A stretch of 64,000 nt of DNA, from NCBI RefSeq assembly GCF_006345805.1, contig NC_043004.1, forward strand, positions 99,262,001 to 99,326,000. Reading direction: 5' to 3'. Source of the stretch: Octopus sinensis. Taxonomy: Eukaryota. Positions 13,275-24,453 of this stretch are shown here, in pieces. The translations under genes were made by a program, and so were the position numbers. Numbering within the stretch: the stretch's first letter is position 1; each line of letters starts with the position of its first letter. Under the pieces are notes generated by a model. That model saw only the letters and a program-made list of their open reading frames with translations. It had not been told where the DNA came from and made no database searches.

Positions 13275-13283
<9 letters not shown>
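12986..13283 (+). mobile_element. tRNA-derived SINE with the 3126-type head and an RTE-like tail
   Basis: The first ~175 bp match 3126-3305. The tail TGACCAGCG...CATTTGATG...GTGATA is different. Confidence 0.9.
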
Positions 13284-13331
<48 letters not shown>

Positions 13332-13849
13332 CTTTTTATTGAAAGTGAATCTTTATTTCGCGGTTCGTACTTCATGCAATTGCAATCTTTGCGTTTGTTT
13401 ATTGGCTTCTATTTTGCATTTGATGATTGGCAATGACTTTCCTACCTCTTCACTGTCTATTTAGCTGTGAAGTGGTTATTATATTTTACATATATTTTTT
13501 ATGAGAATGTGTATTAAATTTTATTTATTTACTCAAGATTTATCTTTTAATTTAGTTCAGAATGTTCCTTACTCAAGTTAGTTTACGTAATGTCATTTTT
13601 ATGTTAGGTTCACTGTGGCTGGGTATATATTTATTGCTTAGTGATTTGGTAAAACATTGCTTAAATTTGTCTTTGTGTATGCATAATTGTTAATTACAGT
13701 ATGTTCAATCTGCGACGGCTGTTTGGGGCTCGTTTGAAATTGGTACCTCTGTTTGTAGCATATATTCTATTCTCTTTGTAGAAGATGAATTTATCTTACT
13801 TCTTATAGTGCGATAAATAAGTGATACATAAATTGTATACATACCCAAA

Positions 13850-14170
13850 CACCGATAAAACCAAGACAAATGCACCAAATCAACTATACCCAATCTCTGG
13901 GAGAAAAGAGAAAACGTATCCAAATACACTGGACCACTATCATACCAAAACAATTTTTACAAAAGAACAGCCTAAAACAGATTAAGCGATAAATCTAGAA
14001 TGAATGAACAAACTGAAAATTCGTGCCACTTTAAGAAACAAAAGCATGTGACGATGGCACACCAATAAATGTACATACCCAACGAAAACTGAGTGAAAAC
14101 AAGAGTCGCTTGACGAATGCTGCAGTGTGAAACATGAGTACGAGATAAACAGTAACTTTCCATAAACCAT
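13850..14170 (+). mobile_element. decayed 3' end of a Penelope-like element with a hammerhead-like motif
   Basis: Broken GIY-YIG C-terminal peptides (LWEK..IQIHWTTI; ENSCHFKKQKH) followed by TCG-CTTGACGA-ATGC..GTGT-GAAA-CATGAG-TA-CGAG at about 14106-14144. Confidence 0.45.
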
Positions 14171-14288
14171 ATATATTACATGCAATGAGGATTTCTCTAA
14201 CATTCGGTCGATGCAATTCAATACAGATACATGTACTCACGCAACCGCGCTTGGGTGCATTCATACACACACACACACACACACATAC

Positions 14289-14320
<32 letters not shown>

Positions 14321-14558
14321 CACACATATATATATATATATCTTTTGAGTAAACTGAATTCGAAGCACATAAAGCTAAAAAAGCAATCGAATATAAATAT
14401 TAGGTAGGAAAGCCCTTTGCATAGCAAATAGTCGGAGGTTGCACCTCTATGCAAAAGTGTTGTGCATGCTATTATTTATAACATTATGTGCTTCGAGATC
14501 AACTGCTCCACAAAGTATTTTTACTGGTCCACTCAAACGTTTGTAAATTCTATGACAT

Positions 14559-14597
<39 letters not shown>

Positions 14598-14933
14598 ACA
14601 CACACGTATAAGCATACATATACATATATGGCTCACACTTAGAAGACAGTGGATAAATAAACAACGGCTTTTTATGTATGTTTTTAAGTATATATTTGAA
14701 TGCTGCTGTAAAGAGAGAGGATGCAGGAGTGATAATGAAACCGATTAAATTTGTCTTTGTTAAAACATATCTTTTATCACATCTTCCAAAGCAAGAAAAA
14801 ATTCCGAGGAATTAGTTATTGAAAATGTAAACAAGATTAAGGATAGCACATCTCTTTTATATAATGGTACAAGTTTGACTGCTTGGCATCACTAATTTTA
14901 TATATGAGGAGAAGCAATCGTCTTAATGTAGAA

Positions 14934-14970
<37 letters not shown>

Positions 14971-15067
14971 TGTATGTATGTATCAATCTATCTTTTTTCT
15001 CTCTGTCCCTGTCTGTCTGGCTCTGTCTCTCTTTCTCTCTATTTATATTTTATATGTGTATATATAT

Positions 15068-15112
<45 letters not shown>

Positions 15113-15399
15113 CATTCAAAGCATATTATTCTCCTACTCTAGCCGAATTACTTGGGCTGTGTAAAGCTTCAGTATTTTACAAATATTTCCCGGAGGTGAG
15201 ATACACAATGAATTACGAGGACACTCTTCTGTTAATTGAAGATTTTCTTAGAAAAACAAAAATCTAGTAAGAGTAATCTGATCACATAAAATATTGTTGG
15301 CGTTTTGATAGCTATAAAGAACAGTTAGACGATGTATTGTAAAACATCCCACCGAATGAAAGTACATTGACACATATTTGGAAGAAGTATGGTAAGAGA

Positions 15400-15745
15400 T
15401 AAGGTTGGTGATGGGGGTATGCGCCATTGCTGGCAATGCATCCACCATTTGTCGGCGTTTGCTCGGATCGTCCCGGGCAAACATCGGAATAATATCCCAA
15501 TCAGTTATCTTTGCGAGATACTTCCTGATCGCCGTGACCATGGGACATTTAGTCGATCAACACGAGCCCTCACCCAAGCCGGATCCTAAAGGAAGAGGAT
15601 GTGGTACACATGTTCTAACGCAGGAAATCGATCAGAGTAACAAAAGAGTCTGAGCTGATACTCCTGAATTATACAAGTAACTGGATGCATCCTAGTTTCT
15701 CGGTATAATCTTTGGTTGCATACAAAATTCGCCCAATGGTAACTC
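15400..15745 (+). mobile_element. highly decayed Ty3/gypsy-like integrase fragment
   Basis: Ordered motifs across frameshifts: MRHCWQC (CxxC of the zinc finger), DRPGQ-IGI (cf. DRPWQ.IGID), RYFLIAV, TFSRSTRA, and later PNG. Confidence 0.4.
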
Positions 15746-16762
15746 ATAATCCTGTGATGAGTCCAGATACCAAAGGAATTCAGGTGGTTCCCAAAGACAC
15801 CGAATATAATCTAAGAACCCCAACTAAAGAGCAAAACAGGTGTGACCAGAGTAGGAGACACCTAGAATAACTAAAACAACCTTTTTGAAAACAGTTACAT
15901 TATAATTAGCTATATCTTCCTCACTATAGCTTTTATTTAATTAGAGCTAAGTAACATAATAATGGCTAATTAGAAACGTAACTGAATACGTATATCTAAG
16001 AAGGGAGAGAAGAACCTAACTTCGCTGATGTTACTAACTTCACTAATATGTAGACTAAAATAATGTAGGATATTCGCAGCACAGCATGCAAAGAAGTGAC
16101 TTATCAATTTGTATATAGTTACTTCTATCTGATGATGACCTTTTTATTTCCCCCGAAATAAAAATACGAAAAAAAAACCTGATCATGTCTTTGCTATGAG
16201 TGGAAAACAGTGAAATGTCACAATGCAACAATGATTCTCAGACAGGAATAACTAATTTATATAAATAATACTTGTACCGATAAAAATAATACTCAATAAG
16301 AAGACGATGTCGACTATTTTCTCAATGAGTAAGAAATGACTACACCACCTGCTTCTGTCTCGTACTTAAAGTTGATTTTGCAAATATAACGAGTGTTTGA
16401 CATTCAAGAATTAAAGCATGCAACAAATGGCAAATTCTTTCAGTTCTGTTAAGTGTAGAAATTGTGTATTTGCATGTCTGTTATGGTGTGTGTGTGTTAG
16501 TGTGTGTGCGTATGCATGTGTTTGCGCGTGTTTGTGTATTTTGTGTTTATGTGTCTGTGCGTGTGTCTGTGTGTGTATGTCTCTGAGTATGAGTGTATAT
16601 ATCAACGCCGACATGATACACTTCTTGTTGCCCGAATGAACACAGAAATCGAGGAACTCTGAGATACGTTGGAGAGAATAATATGCATTTATATGTAAAA
16701 GTAAGTCATGATTAAATTCTGCATAGGGGGAATACGAAATAAGACAGAATATGTGGAGAGAT

Positions 16763-16799
<37 letters not shown>

Positions 16800-16921
16800 G
16801 CGAGAACGAGAGAGTGAAAGACAAAGAAAAAGCTTGGTAGAGAGGCACACAGACACAAACACACAAACACACACACACACACACACACACACCACACACA
16901 CACACATACACACACACACAC

Positions 16922-16977
<56 letters not shown>

Positions 16978-17139
16978 ATATAAATTCATAAATGAGGGTG
17001 AAAAATTAGATATTAATTTAATAATACCATCAGTTTAACACCAAGTGGCCTAGCACATAAAAACCAGGGAGACAATACAAATTTATACGTAAATATAACT
17101 CTCTTATGTTTACGTATATATATATATATATATATATAT

Positions 17140-17400
17140 ATGAATGAGTGACAAAGGAAAGAAATAGCACTCGATACATTTATAGGGAGTTACATGTATT
17201 ATTTGAAACAGTTTGAGTGAAATTCCATGCTACTAAATTTCGAGGGCCCTAAGGGACCCTTTCTCGCCAGAGTGGTAATAATTCATATGGCCGGAGAGAT
17301 GCAAGAAGTAAAAAAAATGGCTACCGGTAGTTAGGCTGCAATTTGTCAAGGTATGTCACGTGATGTCAAGGTCGATAGTATTGCTAAACAAACCACAGCA
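17140..17400 (-). mobile_element. pseudo-LTR-like unit next to (TA)n with a degenerate hammerhead
   Basis: Minus strand CTGGCGA-GAAAGGGTCC-CTTA-GGGCCCTC-GAAA-TTTAG-TA, then a ~90 nt tail into (TA)n. Confidence 0.4.
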
Positions 17401-17416
17401 GTTATACGTATATATA

Positions 17417-17512
17417 CAGGCGTGGCTTTGTAGTAAGACGCTTGCATCTCAACCACATGGTTTCTGGTTCTGCACCGCTGCGTAACACTTTGGGCAAGTG
17501 TCTTCGACTATA
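17417..17512 (+). mobile_element. SINE head fragment (GGAGTGGCTGTGTGGTAAG family)
   Basis: GGCGTGGCTTTGTAGTAAG...AACCACATGG...TTGGGCAAGTGTCTTC matches the copies at 22265 and 55501. Confidence 0.75.
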
Positions 17513-17669
17513 TATATATATATATATAGGTATAAGTTAGAGGTGTTTAAAGCCTCTAATGGATAGATGTATCCTAAGGCACTTCTGGTAATTACCTCAG
17601 TAAGTACATTTCTTGGTAAAAGGTATACGGCAGCAGGTAATTTATCGGGTAACCGTAGTTTAATTCATA

Positions 17670-17829
17670 TAGACGAGAAGAAAATAGAGGGAAAATGACA
17701 AACAGAAGTGTGTCTTTTGCGCTAGCATGTCATTATTTAATTAGTATTTATTTACTAATTAAATAATGGCTTATTAGCGCAAAAGACACACTTCTGTTTG
17801 TTATCTTTCCTCCACTTTCTTCCCGTCTA
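17670..17829. repeat. 160 bp fold-back palindrome (MITE-like)
   Basis: TAGACGAGAAGAAA...ACAAACAGAAGTGTGTCTTTTGCGCTA...TTATTTAATTAGTA / TACTAATTAAATAA...TAGCGCAAAAGACACACTTCTGTTTGT...TTTCTTCCCGTCTA. Confidence 0.9.
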
Positions 17830-17859
17830 CACACACATATATATATATATGTGTGTGTG

Positions 17860-17909
<50 letters not shown>

Positions 17910-17933
17910 ATATGTGTGTATATATATATATTC

Positions 17934-17964
<31 letters not shown>

Positions 17965-18048
17965 TGTACATATATATATATAACTTTTTGTACACATTCA
18001 TAAACATATATACGTATGTGCGTATATATATTTATATATGTATGTGAG

Positions 18049-18087
<39 letters not shown>

Positions 18088-18633
18088 TATATATATATAT
18101 GTACATACATATACATATATATGCACACACGCACACACTCATACACAAATACACACATATACATACATACACTCTCAAATGAACTAAAAAACTTTGTTAA
18201 AAACAAGAAAAAAGCAAAACCCATTTTAAGAAATTAAGGTTAATCTTGTTGCAGAATCAGATAAAATGATATATATCCCTAAGGAATATTAAGGGGAAAA
18301 AAAAAAGGTTTAGGCTGCAGATGGGTTGAACAGCAATAAAATGCTTATACCCGGAACCATTTCAGTGATTGCTTTTGCCGCCAAAGTGCCACAATATTTT
18401 ACGTATGGAAATCCTAAACAATCAGCGTATCTGACATTGCATTAACGTCAATAAAATTAAACCCATATTTATTTTATGCTTTCTTATTTCTGTGAAATTT
18501 CCCACATTTTTCTTATTATTATCGTCTTTTCTGCTTCTGATATAGACATGTGTTCTAGTCATGTGATTCCTATTTTTATTGTTCTACATTTCTAGAAGTA
18601 AAATAGTATAAAGGCTTTGGAGTTTTCAAAAGT

Positions 18634-18890
18634 GCAAGAGCGTCTGATGTAGTAAGAACCTTCCCAATCTCATGGTTCTGGGCTCAGTTCCACTGCGTGG
18701 CAACTTCGGCAAGTGTCTTCCACAATCGCCTAGGACTGACCAAAACCTTCTCAGTGGACTTATTGTAGACGAAAAGTGAAAGAAGCTAATCCCATATATA
18801 TATAATATACATGTGTATATATTATATATACACATCCAGGCTTAAGAAATAAAAAAAATCAATGAGCTGGGATCGATTCATTCGACTAAA
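18634..18890 (+). mobile_element. degenerate SINE (22265/55501 family)
   Basis: CATGGTTCTGGGCTCAGTTCCACTGCGTGGCAAC...GGCAAGTGTCTTC...GTAGACG..AAAGAAGC, with a tail piece GGGATCGATTCATTCGACTAAA. Confidence 0.75.
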
Positions 18891-19081
18891 CTTATTATAG
18901 AAATATACAATAGATAAAGTGGTTGCCTACTATCAACTTAACGTGACAGTCCTGTAAGGGAATTGCATCACCGCTGTTTAGCCCTAGGAAGCATCGACGC
19001 TTCCTGTCGGCCTTGACACATTTCCTGTGTCCTTATATATTTATGAAGGGGAGACAAATACCTCCAACAGCTAGGTCTGCA

Positions 19082-19128
19082 TCTAGAGACACGCATGTTT
19101 CAGGGTCTTTACCCATCATCGGTCTAGA
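19082..19128 (-). ncRNA. type I hammerhead ribozyme-like motif (CCGAUGA core variant)
   Basis: Minus strand TCTAGA-CCGATGA-TGGGTAAAGACCCT-GAAA-CATGCGTG-TC-TCTAGA. Stem I is 6 bp, stem II is GGGT/ACCC, and the cleavage triplet is GUC. Confidence 0.7.
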
Positions 19129-19494
19129 GTAGCAGAGGCCTGCTAGCTGAAGATATCTGTCTAGACTTCGTAAATATATATATATATTTTCAGTGAAGTT
19201 TATTCACTGATGACCAAAATCAGAAATATTAAATTTCTAAATATCTCATAGAGATATGTACGGTGGTGGAGCGATAGAGTGGGTGTGTCAAGGCCGACAG
19301 GAAGCGTCGATGCTTCCACTATATATCGATCCACTACCGTACATATCTCTATGAGATATTTAGAAATTTAACATTTCTGATTATATAATAGATGTTTGGT
19401 TCATTTTTTTTGCATCACAATGGAAAACTAATGCAAAGTAAAAACGATACCTATAAGAATAAGGATAAAAGAAACCGGATCAACAGAAGAACCA

Positions 19495-19526
<32 letters not shown>

Positions 19527-19840
19527 GCATTATGTATGCATGTACGTATGTATGTATGCATATGACCATACATGTATGAATCTCTGGGCATGTGTGATTG
19601 TGTTTCATATATGCATGTGTTTGTATTATATATTTGTGTATACGATATATCTGGCGGAGGCCCTTGAACACACGGTTTGTCACGCGATCGACTGCCACTA
19701 AGTGTTTCGTTCCACAAGGCTATGGAGACCAAGGGAAAGAGACCAATGGCCGTCCTTCTTATTACCAGGATCTAAATACAACAATATAGGTTGTCAATTG
19801 ACGGTGGGGGACAAACGCAGAAACACACAGACCCCCCCCC

Positions 19841-19894
<54 letters not shown>

Positions 19895-20124
19895 TAAATA
19901 AATGGAGCTTAACGCAGGTATAAATCAAATATTTTTACTTTCGACACATGTTTCCACTGATATTATTCAAAAGAATAAATGCTATAAACAATGCTATCTT
20001 CTATTCAGGAAAGTGAAAAAACGAAACTCGTCAATAAGACATTTTAGCAACAAATGATGGATTTGTATAGCGATTAACTGAACGCTATTAATATTGTTTT
20101 AAAAAAACCTTATATTATATAACG

Positions 20125-21731
20125 TCAGTTGACTGGTTTCGTTCTATTATTAATAAGTGGAATACTAAGTTTATTCAGTTTGATATTTCAAATTTGTATT
20201 CATCTATCAATCCAATAGTACTTAATAAGGCACTTTGGCTCGCTCATAACGCAGCTGGTCTCACCCGAGAAGAAATTAATGTTGTGTTGGCAGCCAGAAG
20301 ATCTATTATTAAATTTGATTTGTTGTGGGTCCGTAAAGACACACCAGATAGTTTCGATATACCAATGGGAAGTTCTCATTCAGCACAAATAGCTGATTTG
20401 GTCTGTATATATATTCTTTTTGAAATGGCAGAAGAGTTCCCTAACATTTATGGAGGTCTATATCGTGATGATTGTTTACTTTACCTCCAAAATGTTTCCA
20501 ACCAAAAGGTACAAAAAGTTAAGAATAGTTTAGTTAAATTTGTCAGTAGATTCGGCTTAAAAATCGTTTTTGATGACAATATGACGAAGGCCAACTTTTT
20601 AGATATTACGCTTGATTTACACAGTGACTCTTACTTCCCATATCGTAAACCGTTGACCAATCTTAAGTACATTAGCAAATTTAGTAATCATCCTAGTGCA
20701 ATTACTAAGAACTTAGTTAAGAATATTTCATTTAGATTATCTAAATTATCTGCTAATGTTGATATTTTCAATGATAACGCTGAATTTTATAACTCTGCCT
20801 TAATTAAAGCAGGTTATACAGAGAAAATCTTCTACATTGATTCTACTCAGTCTAATTGTAAATTCAATAATGTAGATATGATTTCTAGTTGTAAAAGAAT
20901 TATTGATAACAAACGTAACTTATGCACCGATACAAAGCGAATGAAGGGAGTTAACCCTTATTTCATCCCGTATTATCGTTCTAAAAGTAAATATAACAAT
21001 TTCAAAAATAATTACGCTATCAATACTAGTAAAAATATTTGGTTAATAGTTCCATACAAGAGACAAAGTAAATCTAATCTCCCACTGCTCTTTCGTGAAG
21101 CTATTGTTAGGAATTTTCCAAAGAATTCTAGGTATTACTCTATTATCAATTCACATACGGTTAGGATCGGTTTTTCCAACACAAAGAATCTCTTACAAAT
21201 TATCTCCTTACATAATAACAAACTGTTAACTATTAATACATTTACTAATACTAACATTAATTTTGCTAATACCATCCAGCCTTCTAGAAATATTAATAAC
21301 AAGGTTATTGTATCTGAAGACAATTTCAATAGAATTAAGTTTACGTCAAGTAACTCTAAGATTAAAAATTCTATATACCTGTGTATAATCAGTACTCGTA
21401 ATAAAGTACGATTTTACATTGGAAGCACATCGTTAGAGTTATCTAAAAGAATTTCTATCCATTACTCAACATTTAGAGATAGAAATAAACGTAATAGTAC
21501 TGGTCTCAGCAAACTAATTTGGGATCTAAAAGACCACAATGAACAATTTCATTTAGAACGGTTGATTCTCTCAATCTCGATACGTTATGACAAAGGCAAG
21601 GAATTCTGTATTCTCTGTAATTCTGAGCTATTTTCCATTATTTTTTCTAAAAATCCCCTAGTAAACACAATTATAGAGTGAGCATACAGATGTAAACATT
21701 GTCAAAGACAGACCTTTAGTGCATATAAGTA
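20125..21731 (+). pseudogene. Penelope-like RT plus GIY-YIG endonuclease ORF (N-truncated, one in-frame TGA)
   Basis: DWF..I..K..FIQFDISNLYSSI, IPMGS, GLYRDD, NFLDITLDL, SNHP, IYLC..FYIGSTS, CILC, then E*AYRCKH, ending at TAA 21729-21731. Confidence 0.9.
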
Positions 21732-21933
21732 ATCTCTATCATTATATATAATTTAAACTTTAATTTCCTTTATATTTAACATTCACTATTAATATCCCTA
21801 TTCTTTCTGTAAGTTACTTCTGACCTTACATCACATAAATATTTTTTTAAACACTATTAATAGCGTTCAGTTAATCGTTATACAAATCCATCATTTTTGG
21901 CTAAAATGTCTTATTGACGAGTTTCGTTTTTTC

Positions 21934-22019
21934 ACTTTCCTTAAGAGAAGATTGCGTTGTTTATACCATTTATTCTTTTGAATGATATCAGTGGAATTTT
22001 CGAAACATGTGTCGAAAGT
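21934..22019 (+). ncRNA. type I hammerhead-like motif with extended loop II in the 3' pseudo-LTR
   Basis: ACTTTC-CTTAAGA-GAAGA(~45 nt)TTTTC-GAAA-CATGTG-TC-GAAAGT. The inverted copy at 19937-20014 has CTGAATA, which implies an ancestral CTGAAGA. Confidence 0.75.
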
Positions 22020-22212
22020 AAAAATACTTGATTTATACCTGCTTTAAACTCCATTTATTTATTCATATATTATACAAAAAATTCCACGTAAACACGAAGT
22101 TTCTACCTTTATAAACAAGGAGTTACAACCTCTTTACTTGTGAGATTTTTTGCTACACTGGTAACTATTTATTTATTTTTTCCGTGTTTATTGTTAACAA
22201 GGTAAAAATGCA

Positions 22213-22264
<52 letters not shown>

Positions 22265-22265
<1 letters not shown>

Positions 22266-22421
22266 CGGGCTTCTTTCTGTTTCCGTCTACCAAATCCACT
22301 CACAAGGCGTTGGTCGGCCCGAGGCTATAGTAGTGGACACTTGCTCAAGGTGCCACGCAGTGGGACTGAACCCAGAACCATGTGATTGGGAAGCAAGTTT
22401 TTACCACACAGCCACTCCTGC
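22265..22421 (-). mobile_element. SINE 5' half (GCAGGAGTGGCTGTGTGGTAA family)
   Basis: A box TGGCTGTGTGG and B-box-like GGGTTCAGTCCC. Close match to 55737-55895. Confidence 0.9.
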
Positions 22422-22431
22422 ACATATATAA

Positions 22432-22471
<40 letters not shown>

Positions 22472-22493
22472 TGTGTGTGTGTGTTTCTGTTGT

Positions 22494-22542
<49 letters not shown>

Positions 22543-22563
22543 TGTATGTATATATATATATAT

Positions 22564-22800
22564 ATCACTATCGCATCAGATGCTCTTAGAAACAGCTGGT
22601 CATACTGCGCTTCCGTTCCTGTATTAATTGTGTCATTCTTTTCCATCTCGACCCAAATTGCTTGACTAACTCGTCTTCCTATCGTTGTAGAGGCTTTCTA
22701 AGGAGCCTTCTACGTTCTCTTGGATACCACTTGGCAATTTCACGGTTCCACCTGTTGTCTGATCCCGCGGAACTTGTGCTTTTGGTACTCTGCGCGCGTT
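22564..22800 (-). mobile_element. 3' end of an RTE-clade LINE
   Basis: Minus strand DNRWNREIAKWYPRERRRLLRKPLQR*EDELVKQFGSRWKRM (cf. the RTE C-terminal DNRW..WYPR..R.GRP..RW.D). Confidence 0.75.
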
Positions 22801-23022
22801 TGTGTATTTGTGTGTGTATGCGTATCAACAACTCAGACTTTTTTCAGCATTGATAAATACTTATGTGGTTAGTTAGTATACCTAAATCCTGATGCTATCT
22901 GAACATGGAAAATAAATCAGTAGTTTGAACTGTGCAAAATAGTGTGCATCTTTCTCTCACCACACCACGTCCGCCTCTTCCTCCATCTCCTCCTCCTCCT
23001 CCTCATCATCATCATCCTCATT

Positions 23023-23053
<31 letters not shown>

Positions 23054-23703
23054 CCACTGCCATCATAATCAGTAGAACTGCCTAACGTCACCGCCTACCA
23101 CCACTATAATCAGTAGATTTGTATTACTCTTATGGTGATAAAGTTAGCATTGATAGCGACGATGGTGGGGGAGAATGGTAGATAGAGTATATTTTTGTGA
23201 TGTTCATGATAATCTTGTTAGTAGGTCTAATGATAGTTATGTTCATTATGATGGTATTGGTAATATATTTCTTCAAAGTAGTCTAAAAAAACGAAAATAA
23301 TAAGTATTAATAAATTTATAATTTATTGCCAGACAGCAATAATGATAAAACAGATTTATATTTTTTCTATTCTTGAAATTCATATTTATTTGTTTTTATT
23401 TGTTTCTATTCTCTTGTATTATTGTTGCCTTCAGCTAATAACCTCTGTTTCGCAAAGTGTTCAACTTCAACCTTCAAAGTATTCTCAACATCTAGTTCTT
23501 ATCCTTCCTGCTTAGAACTGTACTGATTATTTAGATAAGTCTAAAGGAGAAGTAGCTTCTACTTATGGACCGCCTCTTTCAGCCTGCTTTATAGTGATCA
23601 GTAACTGAATATGTTAGGTATGTTTTATAACGTTATTCTATGTAGTAGAGTTATTCACCGCATCCTCTCAAATCACAACCGACCGTCATAACGTAATAAT
23701 AAT

Positions 23704-24255
23704 AATGCCAGTCACCGGCTCACATAGCTTCTGATCAAAACCGATTGAAAGTGTTATCATGTCCATATTTTGTCTTTGTATAAATATTGGGTTACAGCAA
23801 ATATTCTGCTCAATGCCACAGATTTGCTCGTCAGTTGCTTGACCATAACCACGTCTGGTTATGGTTTTGTGACTGACAAAATGTGCATCTCTGATCACGA
23901 GCAGAAGTAGTGGGAGAGCATCATAGCCATGTGTTGAGAAGAATTCTTTGGGTTTTGACTAATTCACCTCTGGAAACATGGGTGTTTCGTTCATCATCCT
24001 TAAACAACCCTTACTCAGGGACTTTTTGAGTGGGATGGGCTACTTGACCTGAAGAAAATTCTAACTGGGCCCCATCTGCAAAGTCATGCGCTCTTTATCT
24101 TCATACGAAGTCACGATATCATGCACACATGGCTGTGATGCAAGTGCCTCGTATACTCCTATCAGACAAGTAGTCATGATTGATATATTGGGCTTTGAAT
24201 TTTTGTACCCCAGTATCACTTTGATGGCATGCACTGCTCTCTCTCTCTCTCTCTC
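23704..24255 (+). mobile_element. ~555 bp non-coding dispersed element at (TAA)n, copy A
   Basis: Colinear with 26752-27308 (inverted) and 39365-39765. Ends CTGCTCTCTC..CTC(AAT)n. Confidence 0.88.
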
Positions 24256-24301
24256 AATAATAATGGTAATAATAATAATAATAATAATGATAATAATAAT
24301 G

Positions 24302-24362
<61 letters not shown>

Positions 24363-24388
24363 TAATAATAATAATAACAATAATAATG

Positions 24389-24425
<37 letters not shown>

Positions 24426-24453
24426 TAATAATAATAATAATAATAATAATAAT
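24256..24453. repeat. (AAT)n microsatellite, left flank of the Dong-like LINE
   Basis: Directly visible. The matching tract resumes at 25797-25935. Confidence 0.97.

Larger units (their letters stand above)
19886..22215 (+). mobile_element. Penelope-like retroelement (Naiad-like), 5'-truncated, inverted 5' pseudo-LTR, inside (TA)n
   Basis: RT+GIY-YIG ORF. The ~225 bp inverted repeats at 19886-20107 and 21842-22070 each carry a hammerhead-like motif. (TA)n flanks both sides. Confidence 0.93.

Noticed and set aside
15405-15653. GPCR TM1-like peptide VMGVCAIAGNASTICRR
   Set aside because: There is an in-frame stop just upstream, no good splice acceptor and no further TM segments. Integrase motifs explain the region better.
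16128-16160. CTGATGA...GAAA hammerhead-like string (also at 19207 and 30251)
   Set aside because: No convincing stems I/II or UH site.
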